A stretch of DNA of 30,563 nt from Pseudomonadota bacterium. Lineage in GTDB: Bacteria; Pseudomonadota; Gammaproteobacteria; Steroidobacterales; Rariloculaceae. How positions within the stretch are numbered: the stretch's first letter is position 1; each line of letters opens with the position of its first letter. Both the position numbers and the translations under genes were made by a program. Below the pieces are notes generated by a model. It saw only the letters and a list, made by a program, of their open reading frames with translations, had not been told where the DNA came from and ran no database searches. The stretch is taken from assembly GCA_009843005.1 (NCBI GenBank), contig VYEH01000327.1:4369-34931 (forward strand), given 5' to 3'. Of the stretch, positions 1 through 8,776 are shown piece after piece.

Positions 1-69
1 ATATTCGGTTGGATGCTCGGGATTTGCGGTTCGTTTATTTGCCGATCCGAATCGTCAGATCCGTATTCT

Positions 70-1134
70 TCACGCCTCGATACGCAGCAACTCCATCAGG
101 TTGCCGCCAACGATGGCGATTTTCTCTTCGTCGCTCAGGTAGGACGCCTCCAGGATCAGGTCCAGCGTATCCGGCCAGTTGAAGGGCGCGTCCGTGCCGT
201 AGACGATCTGGCTTGTGCCGACCTCCGCTGCCAGGTGCCGCAGGCCCTCGTGCGAAAACACCATACTGTCCACGAGTATCTGGTCCCTCAGGTACTCGCT
301 CGGCGCCCGTGTGCTGAGGCACTCGGCGTTGGCGCGGACCTCGCAGGCCACTTCGAACCGCATCAGGTAGGACGGCAGGTACCCGCCGCCGTGCGCTCCG
401 ACCACCTTGAGCCCCGGGAACTTGTCCAGCGTGCCGTCGAACATCAACCGCGCCAGGAAATGGGCGGTCTCCAGCGGGTTGCCGATGATGTTGCCGAGAT
501 CGCCGCGGCCGTCGAAAGCGCCTTCTCGAATCAGGTTGGCGGCGTTGCTGGGATGCATGAACACCGGTGCGCCGAGTTCTTCCGCCTTGGCCCAGAACGG
601 GTCGAACCGGGGATCGGAGAGGTTTTCGCCGTTGCACGATCCGCCGACGGAAGCGCCCCTGTGGCCGAGTTCGTTCACGGCGTACTCCAATTGCTCCGCG
701 GCCAGGTCCGGGAACTGCAGGGCGGGCGAAGTCAGGGCGACGAACCGGTCGGGATGTTCACCCACCCACGCCGTCAGGCCTTCGTCGTGGACCCTGACGA
801 TTTCCGCTGCCAGATCCCGGTCGGCTCCATACCACCAATAGCGGTTGATGCTCAAAGCCTGGTAGTCGATGCCGCGTTCGTTCATGACCTCCAGGCGATC
901 GGGCCCTAGAGCCTGCCAGGCTGCAAAGCCCACGTCCGCAAAATCGGTCTCCCGCAGTATGTCCGCGACCTCGGGAAAGACACAGTGTGCATGAATGTCC
1001 ACTGTGGTGGCCCGCCGGGAGCCGATGTGGACCTCGCGTCGCGCGGTCTGAGCGAGGGATCTTGCAAAGGGCGAGAGGAAAATGGCGCCGGCCGTTCCGC
1101 TTGCTGCCTTCAGGAACGCTCTGCGATCTGTCAT
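70..1134 (-). CDS. Tat-exported amidohydrolase_2 family protein (ACMSD/LigW-like decarboxylase/hydratase family)
   Basis: Start moved to ATG 1134 behind an AAGGAG RBS. Twin-arginine signal TDRRAFLK. Metal and catalytic motifs DIHAH, FMHP, AHGGG and YGTDAPF. Confidence 0.85.
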   Translation of the reverse strand: MTDRRAFLKAASGTAGAIFLSPFARSLAQTARREVHIGSRRATTVDIHAHCVFPEVADILRETDFADVGFAAWQALGPDRLEVMNERGIDYQALSINRYWWYGADRDLAAEIVRVHDEGLTAWVGEHPDRFVALTSPALQFPDLAAEQLEYAVNELGHRGASVGGSCNGENLSDPRFDPFWAKAEELGAPVFMHPSNAANLIREGAFDGRGDLGNIIGNPLETAHFLARLMFDGTLDKFPGLKVVGAHGGGYLPSYLMRFEVACEVRANAECLSTRAPSEYLRDQILVDSMVFSHEGLRHLAAEVGTSQIVYGTDAPFNWPDTLDLILEASYLSDEEKIAIVGGNLMELLRIEA

Positions 1135-1277
1135 GGTGAACTCCTTTTCGGGTTTCATTGCGGCCAACGGTTGCCGCGCGCGGCTACCGCGGTTCTTGTT
1201 CGTATCCAAGCGTACGACGAAAGTATACAGCCTCAATTACGCTCGCGAGCATGCCGCCGCAGGTCGCAGGGCAAACT

Positions 1278-1297
1278 TAACTTCTTGTAATGTCTTG
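1278..1297. promoter_or_regulatory. Possible OmpR-family tandem direct-repeat binding site
   Basis: TAACTTCTTG-TAATGTCTTG: two 10-nt units, 8/10 identical, in the AT-richer divergent spacer about 90 nt upstream of the response regulator. Confidence 0.3.
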
Positions 1298-1386
1298 GGG
1301 TTTCGCTGGCGCAGCCACACAGTTTTCTCTAGTGTTGAGGGCTGTTGGCCAGCCGGGCCGGTGTCCATGGAATCCGGAGAGCCTGA

Positions 1387-2061
1387 ATGCATATCCTGGT
1401 AGTCGAAGACGATTCGACCATGGCTCAGCACATCGTGCATGGCCTTACCGAGGCCGGCCATGATGTCAACCATGTCTGTGATGGCCGGGACATGCTGCGG
1501 GCCGCAGCCGACGATTCCCTCGACCTGTTCATTGTGGACCGCATGTTGCCGGGCATGGACGGCCTGAGCGCCATTCAGGCGGTTCGTGCCGCGGGAAACC
1601 AGACACCCGTGTTGATCCTGAGTGCCCTGGGCGAAGTGGACGATCGCGTTCACGGATTGAAGGCGGGCGGCGACGACTACCTGGTCAAACCGTTCGCGTT
1701 TTCGGAGCTGATCGCCCGGATAGAGGCACTGGCGCGGCGCGCGGCGAGTCGCGAGGTCAACACGTCGCTGCAGGTGGACGGGCTGACCATGGATCTTCTG
1801 GGAAGACAGGTCTTTCGCGAGGATATCGAGATCGATCTCAAGCCCCGGGAGTTTCAGCTTCTCGAGTACCTGATGCGCAATGCGGGTCACGTGGTTACAC
1901 GCGCGATGCTTCTGGAGGCCGTCTGGCACTATCACTTCGACCCACAGACCAATGTGATCGAAGTCCATATCCGCCGGCTGCGCCAGAAGATCGACAAGGG
2001 ATTCGAGCAGCCGTTGATTCACACGGTACGCGGAATCGGCTATGTACTGGGAACATCTTAG
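1387..2061 (+). CDS. OmpR/PhoB-family response regulator
   Basis: Receiver motifs ILVVEDD, IVDRMLPGMDG and DDYLVKPF; winged-helix C-terminus TNVIEVHIRRLRQKID...IHTVRGIGY. Confidence 0.95.
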   Translation: MHILVVEDDSTMAQHIVHGLTEAGHDVNHVCDGRDMLRAAADDSLDLFIVDRMLPGMDGLSAIQAVRAAGNQTPVLILSALGEVDDRVHGLKAGGDDYLVKPFAFSELIARIEALARRAASREVNTSLQVDGLTMDLLGRQVFREDIEIDLKPREFQLLEYLMRNAGHVVTRAMLLEAVWHYHFDPQTNVIEVHIRRLRQKIDKGFEQPLIHTVRGIGYVLGTS

Positions 2062-3463
2062 AAACGTCTGGCGCAGCACCACCTTCCACCTGGGCCTGTT
2101 GTTCATGGTGCTGTTTGCGGCGTCCTTCCTGATCATCGGCGGATTCGTATACCGGCAGACGATGGTGTTCCTGGAACAGGAAATGCGCGCCACGATTGAC
2201 GTGGAACTGAACCAGTCGCGGCAGTTCTATCTGGAACGCGGCGAAGAGATTTTCCTCGCCGAAATCGAGGGTCTGGCGGAACTGGACCCGTCTGGAATCT
2301 ATATCATCCTCGACGACGCTTGCCAGGCGCTGGCAGGTGGGTACAAGCGTCTGGATGACGACGAATCGATCCAGGAGATTTGTACCAACGCTCCTGATAC
2401 GGACGGCTGGGTGCTTTTCGAATTGGATATCCCGCGCGGGTTCCGGGCCCAGATTCCCGAATGGGACGACAACGTATACGCGCGAATCATTCCCATTGCT
2501 CCCAATCGTCAACTGCTGTACGGCCGCATGGGCGGCAATATCGATTCGGCGCGCGAGGTGGTGCAATCCGCCCTGGCCTGGGGACTGGCCGCCATGGGCG
2601 TGCTCGCCGTGCTTGGCAGCTATTTGATGGCCGGCAGCATCGCGGGTCGATTGGAGCAGATCAACCGGATCAGCCAGGAAATTCGTCACGGCGACCTTTC
2701 AAGGCGCATGCCTCTGCGTCGTGGGAGCGACGAGTTCGATCGCCTCTCGGGGAACCTGAACCGAATGCTGGATCAGATCCAGACCCTCATGGAAGGGGTG
2801 CGCTCGGTATCGGACGCCATCGCCCACGATCTGCGCACGCCCCTGGCACGGTTGAGGACGCGATTGGAGCGGCTGCGCCATGCGCCGCCGGGCGAAGTGG
2901 AATCAGGCGTCGAACAATCCATTCAGGAGACCGACAGCATGCTGGCCACGTTCAACGCGTTGTTGAGCATTGCCCAACTGGAAGCCGGCAGCCGGCGTAC
3001 CGAGTTTGCGGATGTCGACATGCAGGCCCTGATGGTGGACATCGTTGACCTGTACGAACCCGTCGCCAGTGAGAAAGACATCGACTTGCGATTGGAACAG
3101 CACACCGCGGTCAGTTTGCATGGCGACCGCAATCTGTTGTTCCAGGCGATATCCAACCTGGTCGACAATGCCGTGAAGTACACACCGGAGGGAGGTCGGG
3201 TGCAGCTCGAACTGCTGCGGCGCGGCCAGGGCCTCCGATTGATGGTGAGCGATTCGGGCCCTGGGATACCGTCTGAAGAGCGAGACCGTGTGTTCGAACG
3301 CTTTTATCGCTTGGATGCCCATCGCGACCTGGCAGGGAACGGACTGGGACTGACCCTGGTGGCGGCGGTGGCGAAGCTTCACGATTCACGGGTGGAGTTG
3401 CAGGACAATGACCCGGGGCTCCGGGTGGTCTGGAACCTGCCGCGTGGCGGAAGTCGTTCATGA
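2042..3463 (+). CDS. Membrane sensor histidine kinase (HAMP-HisKA-HATPase)
   Basis: Two hydrophobic segments, HAMP region, H-box AIAHDLRTPL, N-box NLVDNAVKY, G boxes DSGPGI and GNGLGL. Overlaps the regulator stop. Confidence 0.95.
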   Translation: MYWEHLRNVWRSTTFHLGLLFMVLFAASFLIIGGFVYRQTMVFLEQEMRATIDVELNQSRQFYLERGEEIFLAEIEGLAELDPSGIYIILDDACQALAGGYKRLDDDESIQEICTNAPDTDGWVLFELDIPRGFRAQIPEWDDNVYARIIPIAPNRQLLYGRMGGNIDSAREVVQSALAWGLAAMGVLAVLGSYLMAGSIAGRLEQINRISQEIRHGDLSRRMPLRRGSDEFDRLSGNLNRMLDQIQTLMEGVRSVSDAIAHDLRTPLARLRTRLERLRHAPPGEVESGVEQSIQETDSMLATFNALLSIAQLEAGSRRTEFADVDMQALMVDIVDLYEPVASEKDIDLRLEQHTAVSLHGDRNLLFQAISNLVDNAVKYTPEGGRVQLELLRRGQGLRLMVSDSGPGIPSEERDRVFERFYRLDAHRDLAGNGLGLTLVAAVAKLHDSRVELQDNDPGLRVVWNLPRGGSRS

Positions 3464-3543
3464 CTTGAATTTAACGCTTTGTGCGACCGAAAATCGGGCT
3501 AGACTCCGGTTCAGATTGTTTGACGACAAGGGAGACAAGGCAG

Positions 3544-4179
3544 ATGAGAAGAACAATCTACGCTCTGGCGGCGACTCTTCTGGCGCTTGCGGGCACCCAG
3601 GGGGCGCTGGCGCAGGACATGACTTTCTTCATTACCAGTGTGGGACTCGGTAACGGCGGCGACCTCGGTGGCCTTGAAGGCGCGGACGCCCACTGTCAGG
3701 CGCTGGCGGAATCCGCCGGTGAGGGCGACAAGACCTGGCGCGCGTACCTCGGCACGGAACGGGAAGGCGGCCGCGGCATCGATGCCCGCAGCCGCATCGG
3801 CGAGGGTCCCTGGCACAACGCCGACGGTGACCTGATCGCGGAGAACCTGGACCAGTTGCACGTCAGCCCCAACATGTTCGCGAGCACCGGACTCGACGAG
3901 AACGGCAACCGCGTCAACGCACGCGGCGACCAGCCGAACAAGCACGATATTCTCACCGGCTCCATGGCCGATGGCACCGCATTTTTCCCCGATGATGCGG
4001 ACCATACTTGCAACAATTGGACCAGCAGCAGTGATGGCAGCGCCCAGGTGGGGCATCACGACCGGCACGGCGGCGGCAATACTTCGTGGAATTCGGCGCA
4101 TGCCTCCAGGAGCTGCTCCCAGGAGGACCTGCAGGCCACCGGCGGGGACGGGTTGTTCTACTGTTTCGCGGCCGACTAG
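3544..4179 (+). CDS. Secreted endostatin/C-type-lectin-like protein (bacterial 'lectin' family)
   Basis: Signal peptide MRRTIYALAATLLALA behind a GGAG RBS. Family motifs FFITS, GGLEGADAHCQALA, TCNNWTS and GLFYCFA, with 4 Cys. Confidence 0.7.
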   Translation: MRRTIYALAATLLALAGTQGALAQDMTFFITSVGLGNGGDLGGLEGADAHCQALAESAGEGDKTWRAYLGTEREGGRGIDARSRIGEGPWHNADGDLIAENLDQLHVSPNMFASTGLDENGNRVNARGDQPNKHDILTGSMADGTAFFPDDADHTCNNWTSSSDGSAQVGHHDRHGGGNTSWNSAHASRSCSQEDLQATGGDGLFYCFAAD

Positions 4180-4272
4180 CAGCCCGTGGCAACAGTCGCG
4201 CGAGCACCGAGACCCGCAAGCGTTTGACGCCTGTCACCGTTCAGGGTCGGCTACCGCCCGAGGTCGTTGGGA

Positions 4273-5247
4273 TCAGTTGAAACGATCCCGATCATGGGGC
4301 GCCCCGTAGTCGATTTCAGGGCCCTTTGGCACGATGCGCGTGGGGTTTATCGATTCATGACTGGTGTAGTAGTGCGCCTTGATGTGATCAAGGCGCACGG
4401 TTTCCGCGATGCCCGGCTGCTGATACAGGTCCCGGGTATAGGCGGATAAATTGGGGTAGTCCGCGATTCGCCTGAGGTTGCACTTGAAGTGCCCGACGTA
4501 GACGGGATCGAAACGGAACAGCGTCGTCACCAGGCGCCAGTCTGCTTCGGTGATCGTGCTGCCCGTGAGGTAACGCTGTCCTGAAAGGCGGTCCTCAAGC
4601 CAATCGAGCGATTCGAACAGCGGACCGACGGCTTCTTCGTAAGCTTCCTGGGTGGTGGCAAATCCGGATCGGTAAACGCCGTTGTTCACGGTGTGGTATA
4701 CGCGGTCGTTGATCGTGTCGATCTCCTCGCGCAGTGCCTCCGGATAGTAGTCGCCAGGGGTGGCGCCGACGCCGTCGAATGCGCTGTTGAACATGCGGAT
4801 GATCTCCGAGGACTCGTTGGAAACGATCGTCCCCAGGCGCTTGTCCCACAATACCGGCACGGTGACCCGGCCCGTGTAATCGTGTTTGGCCGCGGTATAG
4901 ACCTGGTGCATGAACTGCGCCTGGTTCACTGAATCCGGAATCTCCGCATCCTCGAACGTCCAGCCTGACTCGCCCATGAACCAGTGAACGGCGGACAGTG
5001 AGATCATCTCCTCGAGGCCCTTGATCGCGCGGAATATGAGTGTCCGGTGAGCCCACGGGCAGGCATGGGACACGTAGAGGTGGTAGCGTCCTGCCTCGGC
5101 CTTGAAACCGCCTGTACCGTTGGGGCCGGGCGAACCGTCCGCCGTCACCCAGTTCCGGAATTGCGATTCCTTGCGAACGAAACGCCCTCTGGAGATTCGT
5201 GTGTCGTACCAGCGGTCCTGCCACTGCCCGTCGACCAGAAGTCCCAT
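4273..5247 (-). CDS. yqjG: Glutathionyl-hydroquinone reductase (omega/Xi-class GST, YqjG/PcpF family)
   Basis: Start MGLLVDGQW at 5247 behind GGAG. Motifs RYHLYVSHACPWAHR, RVTVPVLWD, IVSNESSEIIRM, INDRVYHTVNNGVY and IKAHYYTSH. Confidence 0.93.
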   Translation of the reverse strand: MGLLVDGQWQDRWYDTRISRGRFVRKESQFRNWVTADGSPGPNGTGGFKAEAGRYHLYVSHACPWAHRTLIFRAIKGLEEMISLSAVHWFMGESGWTFEDAEIPDSVNQAQFMHQVYTAAKHDYTGRVTVPVLWDKRLGTIVSNESSEIIRMFNSAFDGVGATPGDYYPEALREEIDTINDRVYHTVNNGVYRSGFATTQEAYEEAVGPLFESLDWLEDRLSGQRYLTGSTITEADWRLVTTLFRFDPVYVGHFKCNLRRIADYPNLSAYTRDLYQQPGIAETVRLDHIKAHYYTSHESINPTRIVPKGPEIDYGAPHDRDRFN

Positions 5248-5368
5248 GTCTGCTCCGCATTGCCTGCCGTATGCTGCCGGCCATGATAGCGGCCGCATCG
5301 GCGCTGGCAACTCGAGTTGTACAATGTGGCCGGAATACAGTCGGCCGCATTGCCGCAGGAGAAGAACG

Positions 5369-6000
5369 ATGTCCGGACGCGGATCCTCAAGCGGTGGGCG
5401 GCTCGCCGCACGTCGGGCATTCCTGCGTTACCTGGCCGGTGGTTTCGCCATCGTCGACACGCCTGTCCAGCGCGACGCGGGTTTCGAGGACTCGGCCGAG
5501 AAGGCTTACGCGGACTGGATGGATTGGACCGAAGACGGCGATCCGGCGCGGACGCGTTACTACGCCGAAAACTCCCGGGCGAAATTGTTCCGGGGCTTTA
5601 CGCCGTGGGCGAACTCACCGGCAGTGTCGGGATCAACGGCACCCACGGGATGGATGGCATGTTTCTCGGTCCGGCGCTGGTCACGGGGCGCATCGCAGGC
5701 CGCACCGTAGCGGATGTTGTCTCGACAGACGTTTCACGGAAACCCGTCGCGGTTGTCCCGCCGCTGCCGGTGTCCGACGCCGGCTCGTGGGAACCGGCAT
5801 TGACAGCGGACGATCTCGAAGGGTTGATGGCCCTGAAGCGCGACGGTTACTGGCACTTCGAAAGATCACACGATCTCGCCCTGGAGAGAGGCTACGAGTG
5901 CGAATTCTGCCACTCGGCACAGGTGCCCTTCGCGGCGGTGAACGACAGGCAAGGCCTCCTGGCCCAGAGTCAGGTCTGCGGAAACTGTCACGGAAGGTAG
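5369..6000 (+). pseudogene. Internally deleted, frameshifted FAD-dependent dehydrogenase (fumarate reductase/3-ketosteroid dehydrogenase-like) with a C-terminal diheme c domain
   Basis: Frame A: Tat-like RRAFL, then directly GGFAIVDTP...YYAENSR. The frame changes at about 5577 to GEIVPGLYAVGELTG...GMFLGPALVTGRIAG, followed by two CxxCH motifs (CEFCH, CGNCH). The GxGxxG motif and most of the FAD domain are missing. Confidence 0.7.
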
Positions 6001-6192
6001 CTCCGCAGGGAGCGTGAATCTTCTCGACGGTGCGTGCGCCACGAGCCAAGGGCGCGCTTCGAACCAGTGCTGCTGATTGAACTGCAGCCGTTGGATTTCT
6101 CCAGACTCCCATTCTCACCATGGCAACCGGGGCGATCTGATATTCTTTCAACGAACGAAACCACAACCCCCATGAAAGCCAAGGAATGAGTT

Positions 6193-7311
6193 GTGATGGA
6201 CTACTCGATCGCAATTTCCCGAAGAAGGGATAGCGGCCGCTGTGTAGTGGCACTGGTGCTGATCGCCTGGACGGCTGCAGGGCCGGTCCGCGCCCATCAT
6301 TCGTTCGCGGCGGAATACGATGCCGATCTGCATGGCACGCTGCGGGGCGAAATCGTCGATGTGCAGTTCGTCAATCCCCACGTTCGCTATCGCATACAAG
6401 CGGAGCTGGACGGCGGGTCCCTTGAAGAATGGGAGCTGCAAACCCACAATGTCCGGACCATGGTGCGCATGGGCTGGACCGCCGAGACGATCGAGGTCGG
6501 TGACCGAATCGAAGTCTCCGGCGCGCTGGGTCGAAACGGCGTCAGGAAACTCTCGATGGATTCGGTCGTACTGGCCGATGGCACGCGATTCGAGCCGCGC
6601 GGCGGAGAGGTTGCCGACGCCTATACGACGAGTGAGATCAACGCCGATCCGAACCGGTCATACGGGGTCGTTACCAACTCGTATCCGGTCGATATTACCG
6701 GGCTCTGGGACAACACCTATCGATTCAGGTTGACGGTAGACGACCTGGAACCCAAGCCGACGCCTTTCACCCCGGAGGGCAGGGCCGCGTTCGAGGCCAA
6801 CGATAACTGGCGCGATCCCAGCAAGAGTTGCCGCTCGGGCGGGTTGCCGAGACTGTTCGGATCGCCGACGAACATGGAAATCCTCGACGTCGGCGAGTAC
6901 TACCTGATTACCCAGGCCAACCGGCCCCGAAGAATCTGGATGGATGGACGCACGGCGCCGCCGCCCGGTTCCGCCCCCAGTCCCACGGGGTTTTCCATCG
7001 GGCGCTGGGAAGGTGAGGTCTTCGTCATCGAGACCACTCATCTTGAGCCCGGCTGGCTGGATGGGTCCGGACTGCCGATGGCAGGTGAAGGCACCCGGCT
7101 CGTGGAGACCTATACCATCAGCGAGGATCGGCTGAGCATGGAACGAAGGATGACCATCCACGATCCCTATTACACCGAACCGCTGGTGCGTGTACGAGGC
7201 TCTGCCCGCAACGACGACCTGCAATTCGTGCTGGACCCCGGATGCGACCCCCGGGGCTACTATCGGGATTTGCAACAGCAGGATCTGATCGAAGCGCTCT
7301 GGGAGAATTGA
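6193..7311 (+). CDS. Secreted fusion protein: N-terminal DUF6152-like domain plus C-terminal TTHL-motif domain of unknown function
   Basis: Signal peptide ending VRA, then HHSFAAEYD...NPH. The C-terminal half has RRIWMDGR, GFSIGRWEG and IETTHL, shared with the genes at 20912 and 23131. Confidence 0.75.
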   Translation: MMDYSIAISRRRDSGRCVVALVLIAWTAAGPVRAHHSFAAEYDADLHGTLRGEIVDVQFVNPHVRYRIQAELDGGSLEEWELQTHNVRTMVRMGWTAETIEVGDRIEVSGALGRNGVRKLSMDSVVLADGTRFEPRGGEVADAYTTSEINADPNRSYGVVTNSYPVDITGLWDNTYRFRLTVDDLEPKPTPFTPEGRAAFEANDNWRDPSKSCRSGGLPRLFGSPTNMEILDVGEYYLITQANRPRRIWMDGRTAPPPGSAPSPTGFSIGRWEGEVFVIETTHLEPGWLDGSGLPMAGEGTRLVETYTISEDRLSMERRMTIHDPYYTEPLVRVRGSARNDDLQFVLDPGCDPRGYYRDLQQQDLIEALWEN

Positions 7312-8292
7312 TTGCGCGTTTCAGTTCATCCCCGGGTGGCTTTGGCAGGAGTCTCGGCGGCTGTCGCCGCAAGCGGGTTCGTGTCGCTTGCGGTGGGTCA
7401 GACTGTCAGCGATGTTCACGCGGGCCTTCGTGCGGCTGCTGATTCGGATAGCGCGAACTGGCCCGCGGCAGTCCATGATCTCTACCGGGATTTGCACGAA
7501 CAGGCCGATCTGAGCGGTGTCGAGATCGTACGCGACGTTCGCTACGGTGTCTTTCCGGCCCAGACAATGGATCTTTATCTGCCAGAGGACCGGGGCAGCG
7601 AATTGCTGCCCGTGGTCGTCTTCGTTCACGGCGGAAACCTGGATGACGGCGACAAGTCGGCGCCGGGCGCGGAGGCGTTCCTGTTCGGCAACGTCGCGAC
7701 GTTCTTTGCCCGCCACGGGTTCATGGCGGTCAATGCCAACTACCGCCTGGCGCCCGATATCGTGTGGCCGCAGGGGTCGGAAGACATGCGCGAGATCATG
7801 GGTTGGCTGAGAACGGAGAATGCCGAATCTTATGGCGGCGATCCCGAGCAGATGTTCATGGTCGCTGTCTCCGGAGGCGCCCGACACCTGGCTTCCTACC
7901 TCTTTCACCGGCTCTCCCAGATGGTCCGCTCAAGGACGGGACTGAATGGAGCCGTGCTGATTTCGCCGTGGCTTGCGACCGGGCCGGAAGAGGTCTTGAG
8001 ACAGTATTACGCCGATGAGCAAGACCGTCACTCGCCGTTCGAACTGTTGCGCGCGTTCGACCCGGACGAGCCCAGGGTGCCGGTGCTATTGTTGAGCGGA
8101 GAATTCGATCCGCCGCAAAGGCAGGATTCGGCGGCACAAATGTACGATGCCCTGTGCGGGAAGTACGGGGATTGTCCCCGATTCGAACAGCTGAACAACC
8201 ATGACGGTTATTCTGCGGTGGCCAGCTTCAATACGGCGGACGAGTCCGTGAGCAGCATCGTGCTGGAATTCATACGCGCGCAGATTCCTTAG
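7312..8292 (+). CDS. Secreted alpha/beta hydrolase (HGG-type carboxylesterase family)
   Basis: TTG start abutting the upstream stop. VFVHGG oxyanion motif, NANYRLAP, variant nucleophile elbow AVSGGA, then GEFDP and NNHD. Confidence 0.85.
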   Translation: MRVSVHPRVALAGVSAAVAASGFVSLAVGQTVSDVHAGLRAAADSDSANWPAAVHDLYRDLHEQADLSGVEIVRDVRYGVFPAQTMDLYLPEDRGSELLPVVVFVHGGNLDDGDKSAPGAEAFLFGNVATFFARHGFMAVNANYRLAPDIVWPQGSEDMREIMGWLRTENAESYGGDPEQMFMVAVSGGARHLASYLFHRLSQMVRSRTGLNGAVLISPWLATGPEEVLRQYYADEQDRHSPFELLRAFDPDEPRVPVLLLSGEFDPPQRQDSAAQMYDALCGKYGDCPRFEQLNNHDGYSAVASFNTADESVSSIVLEFIRAQIP

Positions 8293-8319
8293 GCTGCGAG
8301 TCGATCAACGCAACAGGAG

Positions 8320-8757
8320 ATGGCGGCAATGTATCGGAAGGATGGATTGAGTTTTTGCAGTTTGGCAGTGGTGGCGTTGGTTGCTGCACTTTTCGGTGTC
8401 TCCGCGGCCGCACACCATGGGTTTGCGTCCTATTCGGAAGAGGAGCATGTAGTCTCAGGCACCGTGGTGGACATGTACTTCGGGTTCCCACACCCTCGTC
8501 TGCTGGTGGAGGTCGACGGGGAGCGCTGGGACGTGTGGCTCGCCGCATTCGGCCGGGTGCGTTATTCGTGCTTCAATGAAGCCCTGGTGGAGGGCGACGT
8601 GATCACTGCGACGGGTCACCGGGTGCCAGACACGAGCCGGCTCGAAATGAAGGCCATGACCGTACTGCTGGGCGATGAGCTGTACGATTTCTATCCGCCC
8701 TGGAACCCGCTGGGGGGCAACGCCAATCCCAAGCGCACCGAACCCTGTCCCACCTGA
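8320..8757 (+). CDS. Secreted DUF6152-like protein
   Basis: AGGAG RBS. Signal peptide ending AAA, then HHGF...GTVVDMYFGFPHP...GDVITATGH. Confidence 0.75.
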   Translation: MAAMYRKDGLSFCSLAVVALVAALFGVSAAAHHGFASYSEEEHVVSGTVVDMYFGFPHPRLLVEVDGERWDVWLAAFGRVRYSCFNEALVEGDVITATGHRVPDTSRLEMKAMTVLLGDELYDFYPPWNPLGGNANPKRTEPCPT

Positions 8758-8776
8758 AACTTCCGCGGAGAATTCA

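Noticed and set aside
5560-5600. Programmed ribosomal frameshift producing a functional flavocytochrome
   Set aside because: Even if the frames were joined, the product lacks the dinucleotide-binding motif and most of the FAD domain.
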